Source: Azolla caroliniana (lineage: Eukaryota; Plantae; Polypodiophyta). From it: 64,000 bases of DNA. A program made the position numbers and the translations under genes. The stretch is taken from contig JBHGNT010000015.1 of NCBI GenBank assembly GCA_043228905.1, forward strand, positions 2,294,001-2,358,000. Direction: 5' to 3'. The notes beneath the pieces are model-generated. The model did no database searches, was not told where the DNA came from, and saw only the letters and a program-made list of their open reading frames with translations. Shown here piece by piece: positions 12,017 to 25,848 of the stretch (the stretch's first letter is position 1; each line of letters begins with the position of its first letter).

Positions 12017-14214
12017 GATGGCATCCTCAAGCAACCAAGTGGGAGAGTTTGAAAGGATGATGCTGATCGTTGAACAAATGATGAGATCTCGAGACAACGA
12101 TGTGAGTGTGGAGAAGTCTGTCAACCGTGTCATGGAGCTTGAGGGCCAATTTGATGGAAGGAACATTACGAAGTTCCTTGATGCATACAAAAGGGAGATG
12201 AATCAGAGGGACGTGTCTGAAGTGCGTCAAATCACAAGTTTCAAGAGAGTGGTCGCCAACAACATCCAAAGGCGCGTCATCCAGCTTCAAGAAGGGAAGA
12301 CAACGTGGTCGGAGTTCGAGAAAGCAATATTAGCGGAGTTCGTGACGGAAGATTTGTCGAGGATGACTCGACATGCCTTGATGAAGTGGATAGAAAAGAA
12401 GAATAAGAAGATGAGCGCCTCGAGGGTGTACGGCGAATTTGACCAAATGTTTCGTTGTCTCCCCGCCACAGACCAAGTGCTACTTGAGGAGGACAAAACT
12501 TTGTACTTCCTAAAGGCTGTGGATATAAAGGATAGACGAGAACTGGGTACTCTCCTCGAAGATGATCCCCAAGCAAACGGGCTTGTGGCGGACTGGGTTG
12601 CGGTGAAGCGAGCATGCAATAGGCTCGACAAGCGTCATCAGTGGGTTGATGACACCGACTTGGCGGGATCGACTGTTGTGGAGAAAACAAGATAACCGAA
12701 AGTAGCTGAGTCGCCCAAACAAAGCAGCCCAAAAGAAAAGAAGATTGATGACGACATCATCGAAGAGCTAGCGAAGAAGTTCGAGATGGTCACGCTAGCC
12801 AACATGAATCGTTGGGGCCCCAAAGGAAAAGAACCCTTTAGATGTGTGTGGTGCGATAGCATGGACCACATGAGAAGGGATTGTGCAGAGCCTTCAAGAG
12901 GCGATTTGACAAAATATCATATACATAGATGACAACATGATCTGCTCAACTGAAACTCGAAGACCCCTACAGGTGAATTTCGGAAGAGGGGGAATGAAGA
13001 AATCTATGGAAGATGCTAAGGCGACTCATGTGGATGTGATGCACTATGCTGCAACGGCTGGAATAAGAGTCGGGAAAGACAAAAATGATGCTGCGAAAGT
13101 GGGAGCAAAGTTTTGGTCTTCCGTTCTTGAGTACGAGAAGATGGGGAAGGTCACATCGAACGAGGTAGAGCTTGCAGACCAAAGTGTGTAAAGCATAACT
13201 GGGTGGTCGGATTCGGTGGATGACAACACCATACTCGCTGAAGTGATGTGCGACAACCACGAGCTATTCGTTGAAGAAAAGAGAAAAGGAATAGAAGAGC
13301 AAGGCCCATAAAAAAGACATGAAACAAGGAACACGAAAAAGAAAGAAGATGCAGAAATGAGTCGATCTTTACAAATGGAGGAAGGGGACACTAGCCGAAA
13401 AGCGGAGTCGAGAAAACGAGTCGAAGAAACAGTTCGGCCCGTGAAGATTGGTGTCGAAGAACCTGCTCGAAAGACAAGGACTATGCATACCTATAAGCTA
13501 AGGTCGGACATAGAGCAGACGACAAACCTGAAGAAGATTCTCGAGGAACGCCTTCTTGATAGACACGTGACTTTGTCCTTGAGGGAACTACTCGGTATTA
13601 CGAAGACGGAGTTCCATGACACGATCGTGGACCTTGTAAAAAGAAAGAGGCAACAATCGGATGAGGAAGAAGAGAAGCCACAAAGAGCAAAAACAAATGT
13701 TATAACGATGGCAAGAGACGAAGTCGATGAAGATATGGTGGACAGTCACTGTACTCGACCTCATTGGGCATGAGCGACAACGGAGACGCTGGTGATGATC
13801 AGGGAGAAGAAAGAGACTGTGGTAGCCTTGATCGACCATGGCTCAAAGATCAACCTCATGTCAACCGAGTTCTACAAAAAAGGAAGATGGCCAATCAATA
13901 CAAAGCACGGATGGAAGATTCGAGCGGCAACAAAGTCTACGGATGACTTGTACGGAGCTTGTCCCAATGTTAAAGTCACGATCAAGGATGTGGAGATGGA
14001 TCAACACTTCTTCGTGCAAGAATCAGCGTCGCATCCTGTCATCCTAGGACAACCATATATCACATCATCCTGGATGGAGACCAAGGTGTTCGATAATGGA
14101 GCAACCTTCGCACGAATCAAGAGTCATGACAATCAAAGATCTGTTCAATTTCTAACGATACGAGCTAATCATGAAAGAAATCGAGATAGTCTTGGAGGCA
14201 ACTTGGATTTTTAG
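12017..14214 (+). pseudogene. Gypsy gag plus aspartic protease (ORF1), disrupted
   Basis: FDGRNITKFLDAY gag, zinc knuckle CVWCDSMDHMRRDC, protease ALIDHGSKINL...VILGQP. Confidence 0.85.
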
Positions 14215-17200
14215 AGCGGACTATTGAAGCATGGGACACAAATAGTCCAAGCAATCACAAGTCCCCACAAGAAAGTAGAGCGCATGGATTGCGAGGAGAA
14301 GCAACATGTGTCACACCTAGTGGCGCATGTAAACTAGTACTACCCGACAAGAAGGACAAGCGTCAAATACAAGACTTCGAGAAGATGCTGAAAGAAGAAA
14401 ACATAATAGAAGAAGAGATCGTGACTCATATTATGGAAGAAGCCTCATTTAACGACACCATCGGCGAAATCGAGGAAGTCGTGGACTTGAGCTATCTACA
14501 TGATCATCGCGTGATTTCAGTTAGCTCCATTAACATGTACGCTATCATCGTTGAATACCAGCATGGTATCTTGATGGAGGAAGTTGAAGTCAACACAAAA
14601 TATAAAACGGTGGATAAGAACAAGCCAATTGCGGTTCCGCTACCGGAAGATAGTTGGCAAAAGATGAAGGAAGTTGCTAACGATCCAAGCTTAAGAGATC
14701 CAAAGACGATAGGTCATGTCTTCACTGAAGAGATGAAGGGAAAGCTACGAGTTGGAAGTGAGGATTTCCTCCTCCCTGAAGAAAAGCGAATGTTTTGTGA
14801 CATGCTTGAGAGACATGGGAAGCCTTTCGCATTTTTCCCACAAGAAATCGGATGTGTTGATCCAAGGACGATAGAGCCGATGGTGATCTTCACGGTTCCA
14901 CACGTACCTTGGAATTTTAAACCGGTACCGGTTCCGAGAGCACGCCTACCGAAGCTGATTGAGTTCTTGGGAATTTTGGAACCGTCAAATTCTCCTTATT
15001 CTAATAGGTGGTTCACGGTGCCGAAGAAGAATGGATCATTGCGATTCATCCAAGATCTTCAACCCGTCAACAATGTGACAATTTGGAATGCTGGAATCGG
15101 TTCGAGTGTGGACGAATTTGCCGAAGCGTTTGCGGGGCAGTCCATCTACTCCATTGGCGATCTCTACTCTGGATACGACCAATTCCAGTTGGCAATCGAC
15201 AGTCGTGACATTACAACCATGGGGACTCTGATCGGGCTTGTGCAGATGTGTACCTTACCTCAAGGTGCAACGAACTCAGTGGCTCATATGGTGAATGCCA
15301 TGAACAAGGTCTTGAAGGATTGCATCCTGGACATCACAATGCCATTCTTGGATGATATTTCGATAAAAGGATGTTCGGATGAGGAGAAAGATAAGGAAGG
15401 GTGTAGAAAGTTCATCACGGATCATATGAAAGATTGTGAGAAGGTGCTTCAACGGCTCGAAGATGCGAATTTGACATTTTCGGGAGAAAAAATCTGCATT
15501 CAGGCAACCAGAGATCTTGGTGGTAGGTCACTTATGTGGAGCATACGGCCGGAAGCCTTCGCCATCCAAGGTGAACGCGATCCAGGATATGAAAGAAGAA
15601 TCCATAAACTAAATGGAGGTTCGAAAGTTCCTTGGAGCATGTGCGTTTTATCATATCTGGATTCCGCACTACGCCCATGTCATCGAGCCTTTATATGGAT
15701 TGCTAAAGAAAAGAATGAAGTTCGAATGGCGAGACGAGCACACAAACACGATGCGAAGATTGAAGAAACTACTTCTTGAAGCTCTAGCACTAAGAAAGGC
15801 CGACTATACCGAAGGGAAACCGATTTATGTGACTATAGATACGAGCCCAACCGGAATCGGGTGGGTCATCAACCAAGAAGGAGAAAATAATGCACGGTAT
15901 GCCATCCGGTTCGGAGCAAAGGTTCTCAGCGAACGACAACAAAGATACACCCATGTCAAGCGGGAACTTTGGGGTATTGTGTCGGTAGTGAAGACGGACA
16001 AAGACTACCTGATCGGGTCGGAAGTAATAATTGAGACAGATTGTCTCCCAATCCTTGGGATGATCTCAGGATGTGCGACTCCAGATCTAGCTCTGCTAAG
16101 GTGGATCGCCTATATCAAGTCTTTAAACCCAGAGATCCGCCATATTGTAGGGATGAAGAACGCCATGGCTGACATGCTGTCGAGTGCAAGATTTGAGAAT
16201 GAAAGTGACATGGTTTCGGAAGATGAAGACGTCACCCTCGACTTCTTCAAGATGGCTCGACTATCGGCGGAAGACAAGGACACGGTAACCCTCCACGCCT
16301 TCAACGAGGATGAGTACAAAGGAGAGTGGTTACTGATCGGCCGATTCCTAAAATCAATGACAACAGATGCTTCGTTGATGAAGGAGGAGGCCCTACGAAT
16401 CCAGAAGAAAGCTTACCAATACTTCTTGAAGGGAGGCTTCCTTTGGAGACACCCAAAAAGAAGGACAGGAATACCACGTCGAGTGGTGGTGAAGAAAGAA
16501 GAGCAAGTGACGCTAACAACCGAATTCCACGAGAGTGCCTAGGCAAGTTATAAAGGAACATGGGCGACGTTCGAGAAGTTGAAGGAGAAGTACTAGTGGC
16601 CAAGCATGTACAAAGATGTACTCCATTTCGTGTCCACATGTGAAACATGCCAAGTACACTTGAATATATGCCATCGTGATGAGCTACGAACGACGTACCC
16701 GCTCACCATACACTTCAAATGGATGGTGGATCTGGTCTCAATGCCAATGGGAGTGGGACAAATGAAGTACTTAGCTCTGGCAAGAGAAGACTTGACAAAT
16801 CAAGTGGAAGGACGGGCCTTGACAAATAAGACGACGTCAGTTGTTTGCAAATTTCTACTCGAAGAGGTTGACTGTTGATACGGATGTGTGGGAAAGATAG
16901 TAGCCAACCGAGGGGAGTTGGATGCACACGAAGCAACGGAGCTTTTCGAACAACTAGGCATGAAGCTCTCCCTCACGATTGCCTACAATCCAGAAGCGAA
17001 TGGGAAGATCGAGCGAGGGCATGGAGCTATCGTTAAAGCCATCGTACGGGCATGCAACGGTCGAGTAGGGAATTGGCCACGACTATTACCCTATGCCTTG
17101 TGGGCCGACAGAACGACACATAGCTCAGTGACGGGGTATATGCCAACGGAGCTTATGTATGAACAAAAGCCGATAATGCCCATCGAAAGGATGATCGCCT

Positions 17201-17664
17201 CATGGGTAGCGATACCATGGGAGCACGAGATGAGCCGAGAAGAGTTATTAGCAACATGGATAAGGCAACTTGAAAGGAGACCTGAAGATCTAGAAAAAAC
17301 GTGAAAGATGATGGAGGCAGCCCGAGTGAAGAACAAAATTTGGTTCGACAAGACGCATTGACTGCGTCCCAACAAGATCGAAGAAGGAGATTGGGTATTG
17401 GTCTATGACAATAGCCTTGACAATCAACACATTACAACAAGGAAGTTCGCAAGAAGATGGTTCAGACTGTATATAGTGATAAGTGCCAACGACAATGCAA
17501 CATACCACCTGGTGGAGCTAGATGGATTAAGGCTGGCCATACCCATTACGGGAAAAAGAGTAAAGATTTTCAAGAAAAGACAAGATGAGGATCCTGACGT
17601 CGACCACTTCGACGTTGAAGGTAATAGGGCGGATGTGAATCAAGAAGTGGAAGAATTTGATTGA
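14208..17664 (+). pseudogene. Gypsy RT-RNase H-integrase (ORF2), disrupted
   Basis: RWFTVPKKNGSLRFIQDL, DLYSGYDQ, PQG, FLDD; RH IDTSPTGIG; IN WMVDL, YNPEANGKIERG. Confidence 0.9.
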
Positions 17665-18189
17665 TCACCGTCGCCGAAATCTTGCACTCTCTCTTCTTGG
17701 CATGTACCGGAGGACGTGCGGTTTTGTGGGGGTGGATGTCTTGAAGATTTTCGGCGATAGTGTGAAACTTGTAAGGAACATACGAAATCGAGTGTGGTTC
17801 TTCTCACGAAATATAAAACAATAATAGTAAAGATTCTATTTTAAATAAGTTTAATATCTTGGTACAAAAAGATGGAGGTCTTGAAGAGCTTCTGAATGTA
17901 CTTTACTACGTAGGAAACATTTATCTAAGTCACAAGTTATGTGGGTATAAAGTTTGCAAAGAAGAAGAGAAAAATATGTGATATCCCACATAGACAGGAC
18001 AAATAAGGATCTCACCATATATAAGGTAGAGCAAAAGCTATTATCTTTTTGTCTATGTGAGGAGCACACACGTTCTAGAGACTTGGGCAGTTGCAGAAAG
18101 CCAACGTGAGACCCAAGAGATGGACGGTGGTGATACCCATGTAGAACACTCCATCTGGAGACTTGGGCAGTTACATTGAGAACTAACGT

Positions 18190-19472
18190 TGTCATGTGGT
18201 TTTTCACACATGATATAAAAACTAGTAAAATAATTATTTACGATTAGCTTAATATATTGATATGGAAAGATAAATGTGTTCAAGAGCTTTATAGCGTATT
18301 TTACTACGCATAAAACAGAAAAACAAGTATCAAGTTATGTGAGTGTGAAGTTTGAAGAAAAGAAAAGACAAGACAAAATTGTGGGATATCCCACATAGAT
18401 AGAACAACATTGGAACCCAGAATATATAAGGGAAACCAAAACATATTCATTCTATCAATGTGTGGAGCATAGAATGTTCAAGGTGACTTGGGCTACATTA
18501 TGTGGTGCGCACGCTTCGGGCATACGTGTGTATGCACGAAATGCTTCGAGCGTGCATGTGTGTTCATGGCCATGTGGACGTTTTCGGACGTACGCGCGCA
18601 TGGACGTCTTCGCATGTACACGCGTGTGCAATTTCGGGTGTACGCGTGGACGTTTCGGACGGATGCGTATGTGTGTGCGCACGCGCGCATGCGTGGGGAT
18701 GCGTACACTACGGCGCGGTCAAGACTTTTGTGCACGGATGCGTACACGGTGCGGGTTGGACGCACACACGCGTGGATGCGTACACTACTACGCGGTCGAG
18801 ACTTTTATGCGCGGATTGGTTGCGACGCACGTACGGATTGCGCACGAGCTAAACTTTATGGATGATTGTGTCATTTGGCCGAATTATACGAACAATCGCA
18901 TGCAACCAAAAGCCAAGGCCATGCAACTAAAAGTAAAAGGCATGCATCTAAAAATGTAAGCATGCAACTAAAAGTAGAGGCCATGCAACTAAAAATAGAG
19001 GCCATCCAACTAAAAGTGGGCATGCAAAGTAACATTAGGGAGGAAGATCAACGAGGAGCTCGATATATGTCCCATTTTTTCCTTCCTAGTTTTTTTTTCC
19101 CCTTCTTTCTTCTTCCCTCTCGGATTCGAGAAACAAATTATCTCACATATTGATATCAAACTCCTAGCTTTGTTTACTCGATTTTTCTGGTCAAAAATTA
19201 TCTCTCGTATTCATATCGGACCATTCCTTGCATGGTTGTTGGCTCCTTTCTTTGAAAAATTAATCTCTCATTTCCATACCCAACCCATTGTAACACGATT
19301 CTGAAATTATAAAGAATCGATTTTCTTTTGCAATAAACTAATGATTTGTCTCTCCCACTTGTCTTATGCTTAAAACTTGCTTTTGTTGTACATGTTGCTC
19401 TAAATCCTTCTAGTCCAGAACCCCCGGCGGTTCCGTCTCATGATCCGCACATAGTGACGGATTTTCACGACA
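18190..19472 (+). mobile_element. Solo LTR of the tRNA-Trp Gypsy group, inserted in the 3' LTR of its relative
   Basis: TGTCATGTG...TTCACGACA; TSD ACGT at 18186-18189 and 19473-19476; CG/TG-rich degenerate tract at about 18500-18850. Confidence 0.88.
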
Positions 19473-20255
19473 ACGTGGGACCCAAGAGATAGATGGTAAG
19501 AGTGATGTATGAAAGGGAGGCTATGTATTATTCAAGAATTTAAGAAGAAGAAAAATTCGTTCTCCAATTGATGGTGTATCTTGTTTCTCAAATCTAAAGT
19601 TAAAAGTTCAATCTTATCTCTCTCACTCTCTATCTCTCTCTCGCCATATCAATCTCTCTCAACCTAAAGTCAAGCGTTTAAATCTCATATTAATCTCAAT
19701 GTATCTTAAAAATCTTTCTCGCTAAAGCTAGTGCAAACTTCGAGTCCTTCCGGTCCAAAACCCCGGTGGTTCCGCCTCGCGATCCGCACATAGTGACGGA
19801 TCTTCACGACAACGGTGTGGCCCACTGCTTCCGGTTGTGGTCGTTTATGAACATCACGAAATACTGCGATCTGGCATGTTACTTCGTGTCCACTTGACAC
19901 ACATCGGTATGCGCCAGCTTCAGTGGTGCATTACGTCTCATCGGTGGCTTTGAGCGGAAAGAGGTCCGGTTTTGCTTACCATCCAAGCAGTCGGTGCACT
20001 TCTCAAGATGCACGTCTTCCACCAGAATGAGGTTGTCATCGGAAAGCCTCTTCATCCCCTTCTCTCTCATGTGACACAGTCTCTTGGGCCACAGCTCACC
20101 GGCAATGTCGGATGCAACGTTCACTTCTTCTCGGCATAACCGGGTATTCATTAGGTATAGAGTGTTGACTTTCCGGGCCCGAGCCACTATTAGGCTCCCT
20201 TTGCTGAACCTCATAACTTCATCGTGTAGCCGACTGACTTATATTAGGTTCATTC

Positions 20256-22468
20256 GGCACTATGTTTGCCGCTATGCTCAACACCGTCCGGATGGAAGTC
20301 ATCTTAACTACCGGGGCAAAAATCTCATCAGAGTCCACTCCCTTCTTCTGCTAGAAACCCTTCACTACAATTTGGGTTTTGTATCTCGGCGGGTTTCTGG
20401 CATCTATCGGTTTCAGCACTTGTTCCGGAGTGCTATCTTCCCTTTTGGCAACTCCGTTAGTTCATATGTGTGGTTCTCATGCAGGGAATCCATCTCATCC
20501 TGCATGGCACTCAACCACTTGCGGCTGTGGGTGTCTCTCTTTGCTTCTTCGAAGCTTTCCGGCTCCCCCTCATCGGTTAGCAACACATGCTCTGCATCCA
20601 GAAATCTCCGGGGGGCTCTCCTCTCTCTTAGAGGTTATCTCCGTCGTTGGTTTTCGGCAACCGGTTCCTCCATTTGTTTCTCATTCGAATCCGTTTCAGG
20701 GTCTTGACCGGTTCCGGTTTCAACTTCCTCTTCATCTTCTTCGGTCGGTTCGGTTTGTGCTCCGAATCCGGCCGGTTCGTTGAGAGTCATACGGTTCTCG
20801 GTTAACATCCGGTTTTCTACCGGTTAAGTCCTCGTGTCCTCAAGCCAGTTTTCAGTGGATGATCCGGAGTTCATCACCTTCTTCTCCGACTCCCAGTCGG
20901 CAATGATCCTATCTTCCATGAAGAGTATGTCCCGACTCCGGAACACCCGACAACCGAACTAATCATTGTTGTATCCAAGGAATATGCATGGCCTTGACTT
21001 CGGATCTAGCTTTGCTCTCTTGTCCTTTGCAAAATGCACATAGGCGAGACACCCGAACACCATCAGATGCCGGTAAGACACGTCTTTACCGGTCCAAAAT
21101 TTCTGCGGTGAGTCTCCTTCCAAGGGTGTTGAGGGCGAGTTGTTTATCACATAGGTCGTCGTCATCAACGCCTCAGCCCAAAACATCTTGTCGGCCAAGC
21201 AATCGGTGCACTTCTCAAGATGCACGTCTTTCACCTCCGGAATGAGGTTGTATTCGGCAAGACTTCTCATCTCCTTCTCGCTCATATGACACAGTCTCTT
21301 GTGCCACAACTCAACGGTAGTATCGGATGCTACGTTCACTTCTTTCCGGCATATCCCGGCATGCATCAGGTACAATGTGTTGATATTTCGGGCTCGGGCC
21401 ATGATCAAGCTTCCCTTGCTAAACTTCATCCGTTCCGGATGCTACCCATGTAGCCTTCATCATCTAGCCGACCGACTGATATCAGGTTCAACCGAACATC
21501 CGGAACGTGTTGGACATCCTGCAGTAGCAACTTACATCTGGTTCATGTCGTCAACAACACATATCCTATGCCGATGATTCGATAGGTCCCTTCATTCCCC
21601 ATCCGGACACAACCGTGATCTTCAGCTGTGTAGGATGAGAAGCATCTCCTGTCGGGTGTCAAATGGAACGATGCTCCGGAATCGACAACCCACATTGTCT
21701 CGTCACCAACAAGATTTAACTCATTCTCCTCGGTAATGAGCATCAGTTCTTCTTCACTTGTTGCGATTGCCGACATTCTCTTCTAATCCGACCCTTTTCA
21801 GTCCGAACCGTTCCGGTCCGAACCCTTATTCGAATCGGCACTATCAGTTTCTTTCTCTTTCCAAAAATGCTGACAGTTCTTCTAGAAGTGCCCCGGCTTC
21901 CCAAAGTAGAATCAAGTAGGCCTCCCCCTTGACTTCGACCTCGTCCCCGATTTGTCCCAACTTTGGGGACTCCGATATTGGCCTCTTCCTTGGTTGTGGT
22001 CAATTTCCATAACCAAGGCCTTCGGATTGGTTCAGGACTCCCGGTCCTTTCGGCGAGCTTCTTCATCTAGCAAGCTTGATATTACCCTTGCTAGGGAAAA
22101 TTGCTTTCCTTCCAGCCCGGCGTTGCCCAACGTGACAACTAACGTCTCCCAACTATCCGGGAGGGAACCGAGGAGGAGCAATGTGAGTACCTCATCCGCG
22201 AGAGGTACTTCCAACGAGGTGGCTTGGTGTATTAGCCCCTGGAAGGCATTCATGTGCTCCGCCATACTAGAGTCGTCTTGGTACTGGAGCCTCACTAACT
22301 TCTGGATTACTGAAACCTTATTAACAATATTTTTGTTCTGGAACATGATACTGATCTTCTCCTAGAGTTCATGAGCCTTACTTTCTTCATTGAAGTTGTT
22401 GTATAGGCACATGTAGATGAAGCACCGGATGTACGCCATTGTCTTCATGTGCATCACCTCCCATATCG
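20256..22468 (-). pseudogene. Internally deleted Copia gag-PR-IN remnant
   Basis: LLLGSLPDSWETLV gag, WVVDSGASFH protease, LWHKRLCH fused directly to FWAEAL (integrase core deleted). Confidence 0.85.
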
Positions 22469-24157
22469 TGGCACGGGAAAAAACCACGGGAGCCCATGGA
22501 CTCCAAACTATCACTATATGAGAGGAAATACAAAGTGGGAACACAGAGGCAACGATCTTGTGCTCGCGATCTTCGCCAAACAGTGGTTACAACAGAAATT
22601 GCTCGTAGCTACTCTCTCTCTCTATACAACAACAACTAATGTGATTGCCCTAACTCATACTTATACTTATATAACTTTTGGGCTATTTACACATATAGCC
22701 TCAGTGGGCTTATCCTAACATATTTACAAATATGTCCTTGGATCCAGTGTCGTGAAGATCCGTCACTACGTGCGGATCGTGAGGCGGAACCGTCGGGGTT
22801 CACGACCGGAAGGACTCGAAGTTTTTACTAGCTTTAGCGAGAAAGGATTTAAGTTCGATTGAAAGAGAGAGAGATTGAAATAAGATAGAATGCTTGATTT
22901 TAGATTGAGAGAGAGCTTAAGATTGAACTCTTGACTTTAGATTTCAAGAACAAGATTAATACATCAATTGGATAACGAATTTTCTTCTTAATATTAATTT
23001 TGATATAAAGTACAAAGCTCTTAATAAGAATTTTACATACATTTCATCTTTTTCCCCTCCTCTTTTATAGCTGTCGTCATGCATTTGAGGGTACAAGACA
23101 TGCATAAAATGCATGTTTGCCATTTGGCGCTCATGTATTACATGTGGTGCATGATAACCACGTCACTCATTTTAGCTCTCATGTATGAGAATTTACATGT
23201 AAAGTTATAATGATAGAAATATAACCTCTAAAGAAATGGTTTGGCTTAATGGTAAGCCTATTACTTCCTATCTTGGAGGTGTTAAGTTCGAGTCTTGCTT
23301 ACATCTTTTTCTTTTGCTTTTGGACCAAATATCTTTGAGACACCATGCACCGCGATCAACCGACCTGACCGATCCATCTGGTCCGCGTCTAGCCTCCTCC
23401 GATCGCCGGTTCCGCTCGATCACCGGTTCTGTCCAATCGTCGATTGTCGGTTTTGCCCGGTTTCCGACACCATCCGATTGCCAATTTCGCCGGTTCCGAT
23501 TTGATTACCGACCACTTCCGATTTGTTTTTTGACCGGTTCAGTATTGCTTATCGACCAGTCCCAATTTGCTTACCGGCTAGTTCCAATTTGCTTACCGGC
23601 CGGTTTCGGTTTGGTTTCAAGCTTACCGGCCAATTCCAAATTAATTTCCAGCCGATTCCGGTTCCATTTTATTGCCAGACGGTTTTTGGGAATTTGGCCA
23701 CATTTATCCATCTAGACAAAGTGGCCAAAGTGCTCTTAGCACAAATGAAAAAATGAGGGATCTCAATCTGGTTATATAGCCAAGGCCTTAACTTTCCTAT
23801 CTATGTGGGATATTTCACAGTTTTATTTTTCTCTTTTTCTTTTGCAAAACTTCATACCCACATAAGTTGACACTTAGATGTCTGTTTCTTATGTAGTAAA
23901 GTGCATCTGAAAGCTCTTCAAGACCTCCATCTTTTTGTACGAAGATATTAAACATATTTAAAATAGTATTTTCACTATTATTGTTTTATATGATTCATAC
24001 TCGATTTTGTACGTTTTATGTGATTTTCACACCATTGCCGAAAATCTTCACGACATCAGTTCGCACCAGATCCATCCGGATTCACTGGTTCTGGTTTCCG
24101 AAACCCTTCTTCATCTGGCTTCTCCGGTTCTTATCTGGAGGGACTGAATTCCCAACA
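22469..24157 (-). repeat. Copia 5' LTR (U5/PBS deleted), interrupted by a Gypsy solo LTR
   Basis: Ends ...TCCCAACA at 24157; similar to the LTRs at 41261 and 46550. Confidence 0.7.
22748..24055 (-). mobile_element. Solo LTR of the tRNA-Trp Gypsy family
   Basis: TGTCGTGAAGAT...ATCTTCACGACA; flanks CCAG/TCAG; contains the tRNA-like cassette (about 23241-23296) and CCGG tracts. Confidence 0.88.
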
Positions 24158-25000
24158 TAATAGTGTTTCCACTCGCATGCTTTTACCCAGCTCAGGTTCA
24201 TTAGTCAAGAGGACATATTGACTAGCATATCGAGTGGGTGCTCTCCTTTCTCTGAGTGGTATCTCCTCCCTCCCATTGTCGGCTCCGGTTTGGATGTCTC
24301 TGTTAACTCTTCATCCAACTCGTGTTCGGTTGTTGAAGGTCGACCAACTCCGACTCGTATTTCTCAATCAACTTCTATAGGACTGTTGACTCCGACTCAT
24401 GTGTATTAGTCAGTTGCTCTGAATCGGTTAATTCCGATTCAGTTGTGCCGACTGGCTATATCCTAACAACCAACTGTGTAGAGTCGACTACTCCTAACTG
24501 AACAGTAGTGGGAGTGGACTGGGAAGCAAGTTCTAACTTCTATTGTTTCTAGTTCTCCATTGTCTTGTCTTCCAAGAACACGATGTCCCGACTCCTTACC
24601 ACCTTCTTGTCGAGTAAGTCACACAGCTTGTAGCCGAATTCATCCTCCGAATACCCCAAGAATATGCATGGTTTCAACTTTCAATTGAACTTCAACCTCT
24701 GATCCTTTGTTACATGCATATATGCCAAACATCCGAACACCTTCAAGTGTTGATAGTTTTACCTGTCCACACCCTCTGTGGGACATCACCTTTCAAGGGC
24801 ACTGAGGGAGGCCTGTTGATCATATAAAGAACCGTGTACATTGCCTCAACCCAATATGATTTCGGCAGCTTTACATGTGACAACATGCTCCTTACTCTTT
24901 CCATGATTGTTTGATTCATCCTCTCTGCAAGCCCATTCAGCTTAGGGGTCTTTGTCACCGTATATTCAAGTCTTATGCCTTGGGCCTTGCACAATACACA
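24158..25000 (-). pseudogene. Copia integrase fragment
   Basis: ORF 24743-24994 NGLAERMNQTIMERVRSML...YWVEA. Confidence 0.8.
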
Positions 25001-25312
25001 CAGGTTGACCCAAAATTAGAGATGGAGATCATTTTTCTATTTCTGAGATATTGGGGATTGCGTCATAATTCAAACATATGCAACGTTTTTGTATTCAATG
25101 GTAAACATGGAGTGAAAGCATATCTACGAAAGTTGAAGGGAGTACTAATGTGACAATTTTCTTTATTGGAGCAAGTGGAAATTCTTTCCTCAGGGGAAAT
25201 TCAACATGTTCCACTACCCATGTAGTGTAGTTACTGGGTAACCATACTCCATTGTCACACCCATTGTAAGTAGTGTTTTTTACACACATTTATTAATATA
25301 ATTATGTGTTTT

Positions 25313-25316
<4 letters not shown>

Positions 25317-25372
<56 letters not shown>

Positions 25373-25848
25373 ATTATCGTCTTTGGAGGTCAAATATAAC
25401 CTATGAGACCAAAATTATTACATTTCACGTGATACGTGTGAAAGTGAGTAGTGACTCTCGATGTTCAAGAACTTTACCAATCAATGTTGCAATCGAGAAT
25501 GCACATTGTGGTTGTGAGAGGAATTCATGCAAGGATTGGGCTCGGTCGAAGAGATGTGGAAAGCATGGTCGAATATGATCAAAGGTAGAGCAATGTATCA
25601 AAGTGTGATACTCAAACTCATGAACTTGTTTAGGGCAAAGTGTGCACAGTCGACCACTCTCATCACTTGTGCCCCAATGCCCTATCTCACATCGCAATGC
25701 ATGTGAGCTAAGTCACATAGAAGCAATGGTTCGAATGGCAGATAACAGTATGGGCTCTAACATGTATCGACGTGTACGATTTCCCCGTTCCGCAAAGAAT
25801 ATGGTTTTGTAGTTAGGTGCAACATGTGTAGTATAATGTGTGAAGCGT
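25317..25848 (-). mobile_element. Second LINE 3' fragment with a (TC)n end
   Basis: Close homologue of 7107-7632 in the opposite orientation. Confidence 0.75.

Larger units (their letters stand above)
11158..19811 (+). mobile_element. Full-length Ty3/Gypsy LTR retrotransposon (tRNA-Trp family), degenerate
   Basis: 788-bp LTRs at 11158-11945 and 17737-19811 (after removing the nested solo LTR); TSD ACGA/ACGG; gag-PR-RT-RH-IN order; PPT at 17726-17736. Confidence 0.93.
8740..20255 (-). pseudogene. Degenerate Copia pol (IN-RT-RH), 8740-11157 and 19812-20255, split by a Gypsy insertion
   Basis: ORF fragments ALSTTEVEY/YCDSQSAIHLAKN, LYVDDMLI, RYKARIVVKG, KKFWAEAL, AHTDVC. Confidence 0.9.

Noticed and set aside
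18455-18959. Several overlapping ORFs of 75-165 aa
   Set aside because: By-product of a stop-poor CG/TG repeat inside an LTR
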